Assembly (NCBI GenBank): GCA_030141605.1
Contig: JAQGDQ010000045.1
Span: forward strand, 620,001 to 684,000
Direction: 5' to 3'
Length of the DNA stretch: 64,000 nucleotides
Source of the DNA: Tubiluchus corallicola
Lineage: Eukaryota > Animalia > Priapulida
Part shown: positions 12,502-64,000 of the stretch, in pieces
Layout of the letters: every line of letters starts with the position of its first letter
Numbering within the stretch: the first letter of the stretch is position 1
The notes under the pieces: generated by a model
The model's database searches: none
What the model was told of the DNA's origin: nothing
The model's input: only the letters and a program-made list of their open reading frames with translations
Translations under genes and position numbers: made by a program

Positions 12502-14184
12502 AACAACTATATTGTATACTGTGAAGTCAGTTTTTGATCACACTTGTGTAATTTGGACCTAGAACTAGCAGTCTTATTTTAATGAAAATTTTATGATTTT
12601 GGCTGAATTTGGTTTTCAACATTTAAGTGACAGAGTATAGCAGTGAGTGCATGCTTATTTTAATTTGTCAACTAACTGATGAACTTGGAAAGACAAACTC
12701 ACATTACAATGTGTTACATTACAGATTACCTGACGTCATAGTCACTTTCACTTGAAATGTAATGTCATATTTATCATTGCTCTGGTTTTCCTCTTATTGG
12801 TAGTGTTTATATAGTTTGGTACTTTGAATTGAAAACCAGTATCTGGCCTGAATGGCACGGACTTCTATATGTAAGTGGTGTAGAGAACTTGCCCATTTGT
12901 CAAAGCCAATCTTTTAAAATAATTATTAGTGTGCTAAATAAATCCTAGCCAGTTTCGTGTCATGATGACTGTCATCGCCCTAATTCTTAAAATAGAAAGG
13001 CAAAATTTAAAAGGCACAATGTAGCAGGAGCTTGATTGAAAATATTTGTTGACTTTCCCTGTCATTGCAATGTTCCATTGTCACAGAAGGCCATGCTGAA
13101 TTCCTCAGATGTTGGTTGGCCCATTAATCACCAGTGCATCACCCAAAATGTGTAGAGAAGGGAACTATGCTGTCAGGCGTAGGCTTTTTTGGCCAATTAA
13201 ATATGTGATGCAGAAATTAGCTACAAAGTCTCTGCACAGTGGAAATGGCAGTGGCAGTGGCATGGTGGGTCTGATTTCACACAAGTAGACCCGACCAAAT
13301 TTTGCGCGTCTGCTGTCATCCCTTACCCCACAACAAAATTGCAGCATTATTCACTAGACCTCAACTTTGTTAAGTTTAAGATTGTCTGTTAAACTGAATT
13401 ATAAAGAAGTATGCATTGTAGTACACCAAGTAATGACAGATATTCAAAATTATGCTTAGTTAAGAATTTAGTTGTTCAATATCGCTCACTTATAGCTTGC
13501 TAGAAAAGCTAGTGACCAAACATCTAATTTGTAAATTATAATAATTATGTGCAAATATAACAACATTTTGTTGAATTTTATCCATTAAGTAAGTAAAGCC
13601 CTTAAGTTCTTGAGGTAGGCCTACAGTTTGTGTTTTTACTGTGCTACTTATGAGTAATTAATTTCTGTCTTTTTCACATTTTAGTCTGCACATTTAGCAC
13701 CATCCTGTGCTGCAAGCATCCCTCTACATTTGTAAGCCTGCCACTGCTGTCACTTTTAACCGGAAAAAGCTGAAACTTACTGCTGTGCCTTTGGCCCTGA
13801 GATTGCGTGGGAGACACAGACAATCACCTGAATTAAAGTCATTGCATTTATGCAAAAGCCTTTTTTGAACTGTGCAGTTCCTAAAACTAAAACGCGCTAC
13901 AGCAATGTTTAGACTCAAATGAGCAGTATGGCTTTATCTGAAACGTTTTTTTTTATTAAAATAGTTATACTAAAACAATAATTATCATTGCAAAGTTGCA
14001 GAAAAAATTCTATCGTAATTCGGTGGCCTCTAACCTTTGTTGAATACAGTTGCCCTGAAATGCAGCCAGAATCGTTAATGATATCTTACTGTACATGTAT
14101 TAACCCTAAAAGTTGTGGTAAGCAGCTATTCCAGTTTTGATAATAATATTTACTTAGTGTAGATCACAGATATGTATATATATA

Positions 14185-14196
14185 TATATATGCTAT

Positions 14197-14266
<70 letters not shown>

Positions 14267-14278
14267 ATAGCATATATA
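14185..14278. repeat. 94-bp perfect palindrome of (ATAC)5/(AT)11/(GTAT)5 with unique tgcta/tagca arms
   Basis: tatatatgctatatac(atac)5(at)11(gtat)5gtatatagcatatata is its own reverse complement, centre 14231/14232. Confidence 0.9.
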
Positions 14279-14364
14279 CTTATTTACTGAAACAAACAGT
14301 ATCATGCTTAAGAGTGATAATCACAGTTTTATGTGTTTTACAATTACAATCACTTTTTATGTAG

Positions 14365-53848
<39,484 letters not shown>

Positions 53849-54871
53849 AAAATGGTTTTGGAAAAGCAAGCCCTGACTTGCCTGAGTTTTGGATTTTCTG
53901 TTCAAATGTAGACGTGTTTCTACAAACTGAAGTTTTGTTTGAATTTTATGTGGATTCGTATTAGAATCTACATTTGATGATAATTCATAGTGTCGTGGCA
54001 ACACATATTTATCTTGTTTGAGTTTTAAAATTATTAGTAACTGATGTGTGGGTGTATTTTATTTTACCCTGTGTATAATTTGCTTTCGTGTTTGTGAATG
54101 AATATTGAATTATATTTTTTAGCTTAACAAATTAGGATCACTAATTTGCGTAATTAAATAGGATGATTAGCTTGCTAAAACACATTGCAATCTGCGTAGT
54201 GTATACCAATAAAATGGTAACTGTAGACTTTGCAGAGTAAAACTGATTATTCTAGAATTTTCAGAGCAAATCCACTTAGCATTAAAATTTGCATTGAAAT
54301 GTAAAATGCAAATCAAAATCAAGAAATCAATGAAAATACTGTGAGCACAAGTTACAAAATACAATTGAGGAAATTGCTACTAAAAGAATTTTGATATACA
54401 TACTGTCTTGGCATGGAAAGTTTGCTTTGCTTTAGTTTTTAAAGCTAGTTCTGAATCTCTTGTTATATATGAATGCAACTGTGAGTTTGTGATATTCATA
54501 ATAGTACTATTTTATTTTATTACTAAATCTTTGTGATATGTTGCTCACATTGTAATTTTGTAGATGCAGCGTGTGATAGATTTGAGAAATGCAGTGGCAG
54601 ATGGAAAGATTCTGTCTATGTAAAAGACCTAATTTACACGTCTTGTTGAATAGAGTTATGCTTTACTGTACCTTATAACATTGCACATATAATGCAGTCA
54701 ATAAAATTGACTGTTGTGATCAATTATCACTAGTGCTCAAATTTGGATATAAAGTAAATATCCATTCACATTCAAAATGTGATTATGGTATTCATTATGT
54801 GCAATGGTATAATGTTAAAAATAAATGACCATTCGCCTTTCATTTAATGATATTTTTTGGTGTTTGTTCAT

Positions 54872-56330
54872 TCAAAAGTCTGGGGAAGCGGTTGTTCATT
54901 CTATGACTCTACAAATTTCCTTATGGTACCATCAAATAAATCTCCCCAGATACTCCAGTCAGCATCACATCAACAACTCAGATCCTTTGCTCCAAACAAG
55001 TAACTCTGTCGTGTAAAAAAGATCGTTGAATAGCAATGGTGAAGCTTGTATTCAAATTTGGCAAATTTGCATAAAAATGAAGTGTTTTACAGGATTGTTA
55101 GAAACGTTGAAATAGTATTTGATGCTTTTCCCCATATAATCGTTCCTTTTAAAATTTTTAGTTTATTACTGTTACAAATATACCTAAGTTTTGGATTTTT
55201 TGTTTTAATGTTAGACGTCTTGCTATAGGATGAAGTTTTGTTTGAGTGTTATGTGGATTCTTATTAGAATCTACATGCATTTCATGATCATTCATAGTAT
55301 AGTGGCAACACATATTCGTTTTGTCATAATTTTGAAATTATTAATAACTGCAGTGTGGGTGTATTTTATTTTAACCATGGATATAATTTACTTACATGTT
55401 TGCAAATGAATATTGAATTATATTTTTAATAGCTTAATGAAATAGAACCACTAACTCGCATAACTAAATAGAATGTTTCACAAAACACACTGCATAGTGC
55501 GCACCAAAAGTAGTTATGCTTCAAATGCCCAGTGATTATGACCCCAGTTCCAGTAAAACTGGTAACTGTAGACTTTTGCAGAGTAAAGCTAATGTTAGAA
55601 TTTTACACAGCAAATCTACTTAGCAATAAATGTCTTTGCATTGAAATGTCAAATGAAAATTAAAATTCTAAAAAAATATTAATAAAACCATTAAAGAAAT
55701 CAGTGAAAATACTGTGACCACAAGTTGCAAAGCCAGATTGAGATAATGGCTACTAATGGAATTCTAAAATGTATAATATCTTGGCATAGAAAGTTTGCTT
55801 TCTTTAGTTTTTAAGACAAGTTCTTAATCTCTTCTTATATATGAATGCTACTGTGAAGCTGTGATATTCACCAGAGCACTGTTTTAAATCTCTTCTTATA
55901 TATATGAATGCTACTGTGAGGCTGTGATATTCACTAGAGTACTAGAGTACTATTTTATTTTATTACTAAAGTTTACATTGTCGTATCTTGCTCACACTGT
56001 AATCGTACAGATGCATCATATGATAGGTTTAAGAAGTGCAATGACTGATGGAAAGGTTCTATCTACATGAAAGACTTAATTTACTCGTATACCTGTGATA
56101 TGCTTTGTAGTTTACAGCTATGCTTTATTGTACCTTATAACATTGCACGTATAATGAGTCAATAAAATTGACAATTGTGATCAATTTTCATCTCGTGCTA
56201 AAATTTGGATATTAAGTAAACATCCATTCACATTCAAAATGTAATTATAGTATTCATTATAGTGCAATGGTATGACGTTAAAAATAAATAGCATTAATGA
56301 TATTCAATGACATTTTTAATGATATTTTTT
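54872..56330 (+). repeat. Diverged tandem duplicate of the last ~50 codons and 3' UTR (source ~53695-54870)
   Basis: cagatcctttgctc.aaacaa...actctgtcgtgtaaaaaa and downstream UTR blocks recur colinearly; AATAAA at ~54700/54820 and ~56161/56283. Confidence 0.9.
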
Positions 56331-58200
56331 GTCTGCCTGCCTTGTCTGTTGCAAATCTGAAAAACATTTTCTAGAACATCAGGACATTTTCACCTTCATT
56401 CAAGTCTACTGAATAGGTCTAGGTTAGATAGAATATAAAAGTTGAGCAAAGAGTTGAGAAATGCAATTTGACCCAAATTTAATGAAATGTGTGTCATGAA
56501 TAAAAATTAAAAAGAAGGATGATAAACATGTTACCTTAACTCTATAAAATTATAGTGGGTACACATAACATTCGCTTAGTCAGTTTTGTTTATTGCACTA
56601 CACTATATTTCACTCTTTTTGGGATTACTTAATAGGTCAACAGTAACACATCACAGTGATAAAGAAATAATGAGAATTTGAACATGTAACGATAAGCAAA
56701 AACAACTGACACTCTTGTCTAACGAATAACATAACTTTCATGAAAGAAATCAGAACCTGGCGAAGGGAGTTTATGGCTGATTCAACTCGAGAATAACAAT
56801 TTATCACATTTGATACTGATATTTGTCATCATGAGCACAGTGTCAGCCAGTTTGCACACTTTCATTTTTTCAAACATCATCCAATCAGTTCCTTAGCCAT
56901 ACGCACATAAACACCTAAGCATGTGACTGTCCATGTAAGTACTAAATGTTCCACTTAAAAGGAACAAAAAACTAAACTTAATTTAAATTAGTTAACTCTC
57001 TATAAATTCACATGACATGCTAATAAAAATACCTATGTACTTCACGGGGTTGTTACAAAGAAAAGTTTGTTTTACTTTTTTCTTAGCAATACATCTCAAC
57101 TTGACAGTTTGAAAATAAGCCACCTGGTATTCCAGTAGCTCAGAAGGCAAAACACTAGAGTAGTTTTGAGCCACTAGAGACAGTAGCTCAGTAATGTCAA
57201 AATACTAGAAAAGCAAATTAGAAATTTAATGGTCTTTACAGTTATAATGATCTATCTTTACATAATACCACTCTATTGCGAAAATGAAAGAGCGAAAAAT
57301 TATACATTCTATAAACATGTTTTGTTGCTAACTAAAATCATACATGATTGCAGCATACTATTTAATACAATTTAGCATTTCTTCTGATGCATGCATATTT
57401 CCATACTTACTCAATACCTAACTATAATATAACTATGCTTTAGAAATAAATATTGACTGTATACACTCAGACCACCTATTATTTGATTGTCTGCAAACAA
57501 GCTACAAAATAAAATTTTTATTCTTAAACCATGTGCCACTTTAATTCGATGTTTTTTCTGCATACTTTGCAAATATGACTTTATAGCTGTAAAGTAGTGT
57601 AAAGACGATGTCAAATTTACAGGCAAATTTGTTTCCATGTTATGCCTGTAATCAACTAGTAACGGTCTGCAAACAAAGCAGTACAATAAGTACTCGATTA
57701 ATGATACTTATGTGTTCCAGCAAAATGTGAAGTTAAGCTAAACGTTCTTAAACAAAGCCAAGACTTCGACGGAAAGTAATGAAAAAGAATTGATATATGT
57801 TCCAGAGCCAGAAATCAATGCTGCTTAAATCATATAAATTAAACCATTTATGAGTTCTATTCATATTTCTACTGATTAATTTATTTTTGCTTGCTTGAAA
57901 TCACGTATCCTTACCAATGCCTAGCTAGCAATTTCTTTTCCGTTAACGTCGAAGCCTAGGCAGCAGTTGAATAATAAGCTTTGTCACAGTCAAGGCTGCA
58001 TGTCTACATAGTCAAACTAAGTCCTGGGGTGACCTTGGAACAATTTCATCTAGATACTTTCATCTGTTTGCTATAGCAACAGCTTGCAGACAAAATTCAA
58101 TCCGGAAAAGTTTGCACCCAGCTGCCTGTAAATCAGAAGCAATCAGATCTCGCTCGGTGCAAGTGACTAGCATTTAGTAATCAGTCGGGAAGCAAATGCA

Positions 58201-58804
58201 TACAGAGTAAACTACGTATAATTCAAACACCCTGGGACTGGAAATTTTGTTAACCAAAAATACAAGTTAGACAGGGTTCGTAAAAAAGCAAAAAGGAGTT
58301 ACTCATCAATGTAGAACAAAACACTAGTAACACTACAGCCTGAGAAAATGAGAAACTGGGCCTTTAATATGACATCAAACAACAATTTTTATGAATAATT
58401 AAAAATAAAATGACTGGTCCACCTTTACTGTAGTCTGAGTAGCATAGATAATAGAATTCGGCAATAATAATGTTGTGATCTACATTGAACCATGTCTGCT
58501 AAGCCATGTTGTGTGCATGTTCTGTTAAGGTAATGCAATGCAATAATCTTGCAATTTTTGCTGAAAGAAGAAGTCAAAATCATAATGCGGTGCACACTTT
58601 CACGTAGCACTTCTCGCTTTTAAGGCTGTTCGAAATAGGCGAGGTAATTTCAATCAGATTCTTAAGAATTGTACCGGGAATTTGGTTCAATTTATGCCAT
58701 AATTCGAATAACACGTTTCTTAAAGGTTAGAATGAAAGGGAAAATCTGTTCGACGAGATCTGTTCGAGATATGCAAGATTCCGAGTTATACATAGTTTAC
58801 TATA
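58201..58804. mobile_element. MITE with terminal inverted repeats, pogo/Tigger-like
   Basis: Left end tacagagtaaactacgtataattc vs right end gagttatacatagtttactata; TA at both ends; internal ttcga motifs. Confidence 0.6.
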
Positions 58805-59150
58805 TAATAATTTTACTGTTTTAATTTCTAGTGCATTTTTAGAATAGAATGATGAAATACGTGCTATTTTAATACTCTAAAGCAAAAATGTTTTTGATAA
58901 AATAAAAATTAGCTTTAAGAAAATGTTAAGATGAATTGAGTGTCATTAAGTGGAAAAGGGTGGAGAAATGTTCAGCACTGTTATAACAAAACGTAGCTAA
59001 ACGGGAAATCATTAAGTGAGAACTTACTGTAATTCAAGCACTCGGGCCTATATAAAATCATGATGACAGTTTGACACTTTAACTATTCAAGAAACCAGCA
59101 CTATAATCTTTACCAGAAGTAAATATCCAGACAGTTTACTAGCCAAGTTT

Positions 59151-62100
59151 CTAAGACAATGGAAACTCATGTTCTGCTGCATAGCGTCCATATACCCAGT
59201 GGTATAACTGCCTTTCTATGTCAATTAGTAGGCCACTTGCACCAATGCGGAACAAGTCTGCTTTCAGCCATTCTTCTCCCAGTTCTTCCTTCATCATTGA
59301 CATCCAGGCAAGTGAATCTTTTGCACTCCGAATACCACCAGCTGCTTTAAAACCAACCTAAAAAACACACAATCTCTATAAGTGCATTTAAGTTATGTAT
59401 TTTTCAAAAAGCTACTGGAAGTTTCACAGCTGTAGTTATAAATTGAAATTTTTACCACACTATTTGCAGAAATAACATATTGTATTGAAAATCTTCAAAA
59501 AAGAACATGTTGGTGTCAAAATTGAAGATCAGATCACTTAAACAAAATTTTTTTTATAAAGTATCTGCAACTTTCTATTCGTAATAAATGCATTTAAAGA
59601 AAAGGACAAGTCGTATAATATGTTGGGTTCATTTTCCTGTTACCACTTAAACTTAGAAAAATTGAACAGAGAAATTTGCAAAAAAATTGTCTATAACTCA
59701 TAAAGAAATTTTCATGCATGGCAGTTGCTGCCATTCACTTTAAAATTATGACATAAATTTTGGACTTCCTGATTTTTCAAAAGTGCATTGTAGCATATGT
59801 GTTAGCACAGCGGTGAACTTGAAATTTAAGTTTTTAAACTTAAATTTGCCAAGTTTTGTGTATCAAAGATTCAAAGTTGCACAGCAGCACTGTATATTTT
59901 TCGCAAACATGTACAATACACTCATGAAAGTTCATGCTACTACAAAATTATGTTCAGGTGTGACGTCATCACTTCTTGCATTCAGTGGCCATTAATTAAG
60001 TTTTGAAGCCATTATTTAATTATTAGAAACACTTTGGCAATATTGTAGGGGTTCAAATGTTTCCTTGTTACTGTACTTCAAAGTAAGTTAGGATATGGAA
60101 AATTATCAGGTTTCCCTTTAAGTTTAATGGCAAGAATGTTCAAACCGTGACATATCCGGTTGCATGGATAGCTTCCAGACTTGTAGTATTCTTTAAGAAA
60201 GGTTCTCGATTGCGCTGTGGAAATGATAGTGGTACAGCCTTTATGGACACATTCGCTAAGCTATTTAATTTTAATGTTGTGTCGGAGACTAGAACTATCG
60301 TTTCAACCGGGAATAGAACAGGCAGGCGCGCAAAAAAGACATGGATGTACGGAGAATATAGTAGGATTAGGACTTTTAATTGATTACGCAAAACACAAAG
60401 GTTGTCAACTGTGTATCATTTACGTAGATTAAAGTGCCTAGACATGCTCTCATTAGATTGTTAATTAGCCTAGGATGCAGCTATTTGATACTCGCTGCAA
60501 TATCGGCTCTTTATACGGATACAAAACTTATTTTGGGAGCTGCAATAATATCTACGGCTATTGGTGTCCGCCAAGGTTCCCCCACTAGTTGTTTTCTTTT
60601 ACGGTCTAGGTAAATGAACTTGTATGGGATCTGAAGCGCCTTTTATCACCCGATGATTTTCTTGACCAGTTACATTGTTTATTACTCATGGACGACACTG
60701 TTTTATTCGCTTATAATCGCCAGCAATGTGAGGTCAAGCTCAGCATTCAGTACAACTTTTGTAAAAGCTCGAGTATGGAAATTAACCAGAGTAAAACAGC
60801 ATTCATGGTCATAAATGGAATAGAGTATGATAAGATACCGCTGCGGTTTCAAGATTTGACTGTCAAAAACTGTAACTCTTATGTCTACTTGGGAGCAGCG
60901 TTCACCCAAGTTGGTTATGTAGAATCATCATAAAAGAACACTTTGTAATTAAGCAAAGTCATGTGGCCAAATTTACTGCTTTTGGTGCTAAGAATGTGGA
61001 CTTGCCTTTTTGGGTAAAAAAGAAAGTGATAGAAGATGCTATTTTATACAGTTCAGTAGGATGGATACTGAAAAGTTTCCATGCGGCACAATCAGCGTAC
61101 TTAACAGTGATCAAAGCATTGTTAGGAGTTCGCCTTCAGACGGCAAACAATCTTGTGCTGAAAAAGTTTTTGCAAAAAATATATGCAGAGAGAAGAGACA
61201 TGAGGAATGACCCTTTTATAAACATTTGGTCATGGTGTAACACCGAACAAACACCAGGTGCTAGATTATTACCTTAATTTGCTTTTTGTAGCAAATACAT
61301 ACACACGCACGCATGCACGCACACACACACATATATATAAATATATACATATATAGGTAATACAGGGTACCTTTTTTCCAGTTCTCTGATAGTATTCACG
61401 TATTGCTCGAACCATGACTAGTCCAACAGGTAATATAGCATTTACACCTTCTTTACCCGTGGAAGTTTTAATGAAATCAGCACCTTTGAAAAGAATTTTA
61501 ATGTTTGTCATATCAAAACATCTGGGAATTAAGACATAAAAAATGCCAATGAACATAAATTTTAAAAGAGTTGAGTCACTAAAATTAATTTTTGACAAAT
61601 AGTGTCAAAAATTTGATAAATTTCTGACAAGTAATCAGATCCTAAAATCTTTGTTAATTAATGGCAATACTAGCTGTAGGAATGCTGCTAAAGCAACATA
61701 GACATAATTATGCTCTGCAAAAGTATTTTGCCCATAACACTAATTGAACTGAAGTTGCTGTTCTAGCCAATAAAGTGCTAATAGCCCACACACTGTTGCA
61801 TACTTACTATGCTTAACCCATTTAATAGAATTACATACATTAAAATCAACTACTAGGCAAGAATGAAACAGAATATCATCGATGATTAAAAAACCATAGC
61901 TAAGCATCCAAGAACTAATCATTCGTAAAAAATTGTCGAGAGCAACAAAAATGATGTTTTTTCCTGCCCTACATTTTCTAGACAGAAATGACAGATTTTC
62001 GTTTCCTGTTTTTAGCTAGGAAATACACTATTGATGGTTTCAACTGTGAAGTCACAGAAGCTCTAGTGGTGGAAACACCAATCTCTCTATGAAGCCTTAC

Positions 62101-62283
62101 ACCAGCAATTTTTTTTAATATGAACAATATAGACAACTTTGACAAAGAACTTACCGGCAAACATAGCTGTAATGCTAGCTCTATAAACATTTGTGAGAGA
62201 GGCTAATTCACCGGTAGCCAAAATTACTTTGAGGTGAGCCTCTCCACAGGCTTCCTTCATTTGTCTGACTTCTTCATAAACAC
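59151..62283 (-). CDS. DERA: Deoxyribose-phosphate aldolase, last three coding exons (62283-62155, 61483-61371, 59357-59151); gene continues beyond the window
   Basis: ACGEAHLKVILATGEL..LTNVYRAS..AMFAG|ADFIKTSTGKEGVNA...TGKK|VGFKAAGGIRSAKDSLAW..KEELGEEWL..LFRIGAS.LL.DIERQ...GRYAA; canonical splice sites and consistent phases. Confidence 0.97.
60130..61275 (+). mobile_element. Decayed LINE RT fragment in a DERA intron (antisense to DERA)
   Basis: W..SRLVVFFKKG, EQAGAQK..GC.E, IIYVD, GVRQGSPTS, LLLMDDTVL, INQSKT.FMVING, YVYLG, with stops and frameshifts. Confidence 0.88.
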
Positions 62284-62899
62284 CTAATCAACAGAAAACA
62301 ATAATTTTCAAATGGTAATGTAAAATTTATTTATAAATATTAACAATTAATAGTAAGATACACTAAAATTAGGGCAAATTTATGATTTTGCTGGGAGAAC
62401 TTGAAATGAAATTCAAAAACCAAAAAAAAATTATAACTTACAGTAGTTTAAAATACAAATAGCATATATTTATTACAATAGTTTAAAATACAAATAGCAT
62501 ATATTTCAGTACTTTAAAAAATACAATTTAAACAACACATCACAATTTATTTAAATAACAGCATTTAAAAGAATTTTAATGAGTTGGCTAAATGTGTAGT
62601 AACAGATAAGCTAACCCAGAGAAGAACAGACAGAAAAAGTTCTTTCACAGTAGAATACTGCATTTGGGAATGGTTGACATATCAGAATGAAGTGATGACA
62701 CAAACACATTTAGTACCATCACTAATAATAATCTTGACATTAAGATTATAATAATTATAACGAAGTGCTCAATCTACATTACGACATACCAAAATCCTGA
62801 TATCTACCAAAATATTTGCTCCTGATAGCCTGTAATACTCCACTACAATGCAGTAAACGTTATATACCAGACATATTTTTAAGCCGTCACATGCCAAAA

Positions 62900-64000
62900 T
62901 GTCAATATCTGCGATTAATATTGGATATTTTGCAGGGAGCATTTAAAAAGCGGAGTTAGAATGATTTTTAGGATTTTATAATTAGATGTTACAGAATTAA
63001 ACAATTAGAACCAGAGTGAAATTATCTGCAAATGAAGGAAGTTCTTTTAAAGTTATTACAAACTACAGCAGCTCAGTAAGGCAGATCAAACAACAAGATA
63101 TTGACTTATGAAAATGGATACCCATTAACAAACTTTTTGTAAATCTTTTATTACATAAACAAGAATTATAATAAGTATATGTGCAGATTTATGTGCAAAA
63201 TTATGCAGATTTCTTTTGAATGTCGATAATAAATCAAGCAAATAAGAGACTAGGGCAGAACTGGGCTATTTCCCCATTTGTTAAAATAATTAAAGATACA
63301 ATCCGTTACTGGATACATATTGTTAGTCAACCTTATGATAGTTATGTATACCAACCTTATAACGAAAACCGAAACTTAGCTAAGAAGTGCTTTTGTTGGA
63401 CTATTTTTGTTAAGTATATATTATGTGCATATGGCTTTGGACATGTTTGGAATCACCAGACAATATTTTCACCTAAGCGACTACTTAATAAATTAGAAGA
63501 AAAAATAAAAACTGATTATACTCTATTTTGGAAAGAAGAAATCCATAATGATAACAAACCTGATGGTCGAAACAAACTGCGAATGTAACGAACCTTCAAA
63601 AAACAATATCAACTAGAAAACTATTTACTTTCTGGCTATTCCAAATATGCTGTAATAAAATTTACAAAACTGAGAATCAGCTCTCATAGTTTGTGTATTG
63701 AAAGGAGGAGGTACGTTAAACCTAGAAAAACTGCAGCTGCGAATCGTATATACTCATACTGTTTAAGAAATGAAATCGAAGACTAATTACCCTTTGTTAT
63801 AAAATTCACATATTACAATGAACTTAGAGAAAAATTATATAATCGCATCAATGTAATTATCCTCATGAGCGATGCTGATAAATTTTTATTCTTGATGGGA
63901 AGTAATAATTCAGAAGTAATTAAGGCATTTATTGATTATGTTGAAAAAGTGCTTTTAAGACATGATGAACAGCATCATGCAATGATCATATCATTGAAAA
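62900..64000 (+). mobile_element. Decayed LINE 3' fragment in a DERA intron, same type as 6165-9030
   Basis: IRYW.HI...GFGHVWNHQ...FWKEEI...NKLR...ENYL...TKLRISSHSLCIE parallels 7850-8310. Confidence 0.85.

Noticed and set aside
12725-12870. Candidate first/signal-peptide exon ending tat|gtaagt
   Set aside because: Hydrophobic frame has no ATG and ends in TAG; the frame open to the donor has upstream stops and the wrong phase.

Overview
AT-rich, intron-rich eukaryotic (animal-type) genomic DNA; no prokaryotic features, rRNA, tRNA or CRISPR found. Left to right: (1) an intronless minus-strand sterol reductase whose motifs resemble plant/protist DWF5-type delta-7 reductases more than vertebrate DHCR7; (2) a decayed LINE; (3) a ~3.1-kb copy of part of a giant exon plus its intron, flanked by a perfect 24-bp direct repeat; (4) a ~40-kb plus-strand gene hand-assembled into 31 phase-consistent exons (~3,940 codons, N-terminus not found) encoding Kazal - ~2,300 aa Asp/Glu/Asn/Ser-rich region in two giant phase-1 exons - DxCGxCxG Cys repeats - IPT/Ig-like - REJ-like module - furin site - GAIN/GPS (HL/T) - 18-nt microexon - single TM - Pro-rich tail with a PDZ-type end, i.e. 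a channel-less polycystin-1/REJ-like protein with a hyper-acidic ectodomain; (5) a tandem duplicate of that gene's 3' end; (6) the last three exons of convergent DERA, with LINE fragments in its introns. Smaller signals include a 94-bp perfect palindrome, a Penelope-like inverted element with a hammerhead-like core, a 39-bp minisatellite and a Tigger-like MITE. Gene models and family calls were made by eye without database searches.
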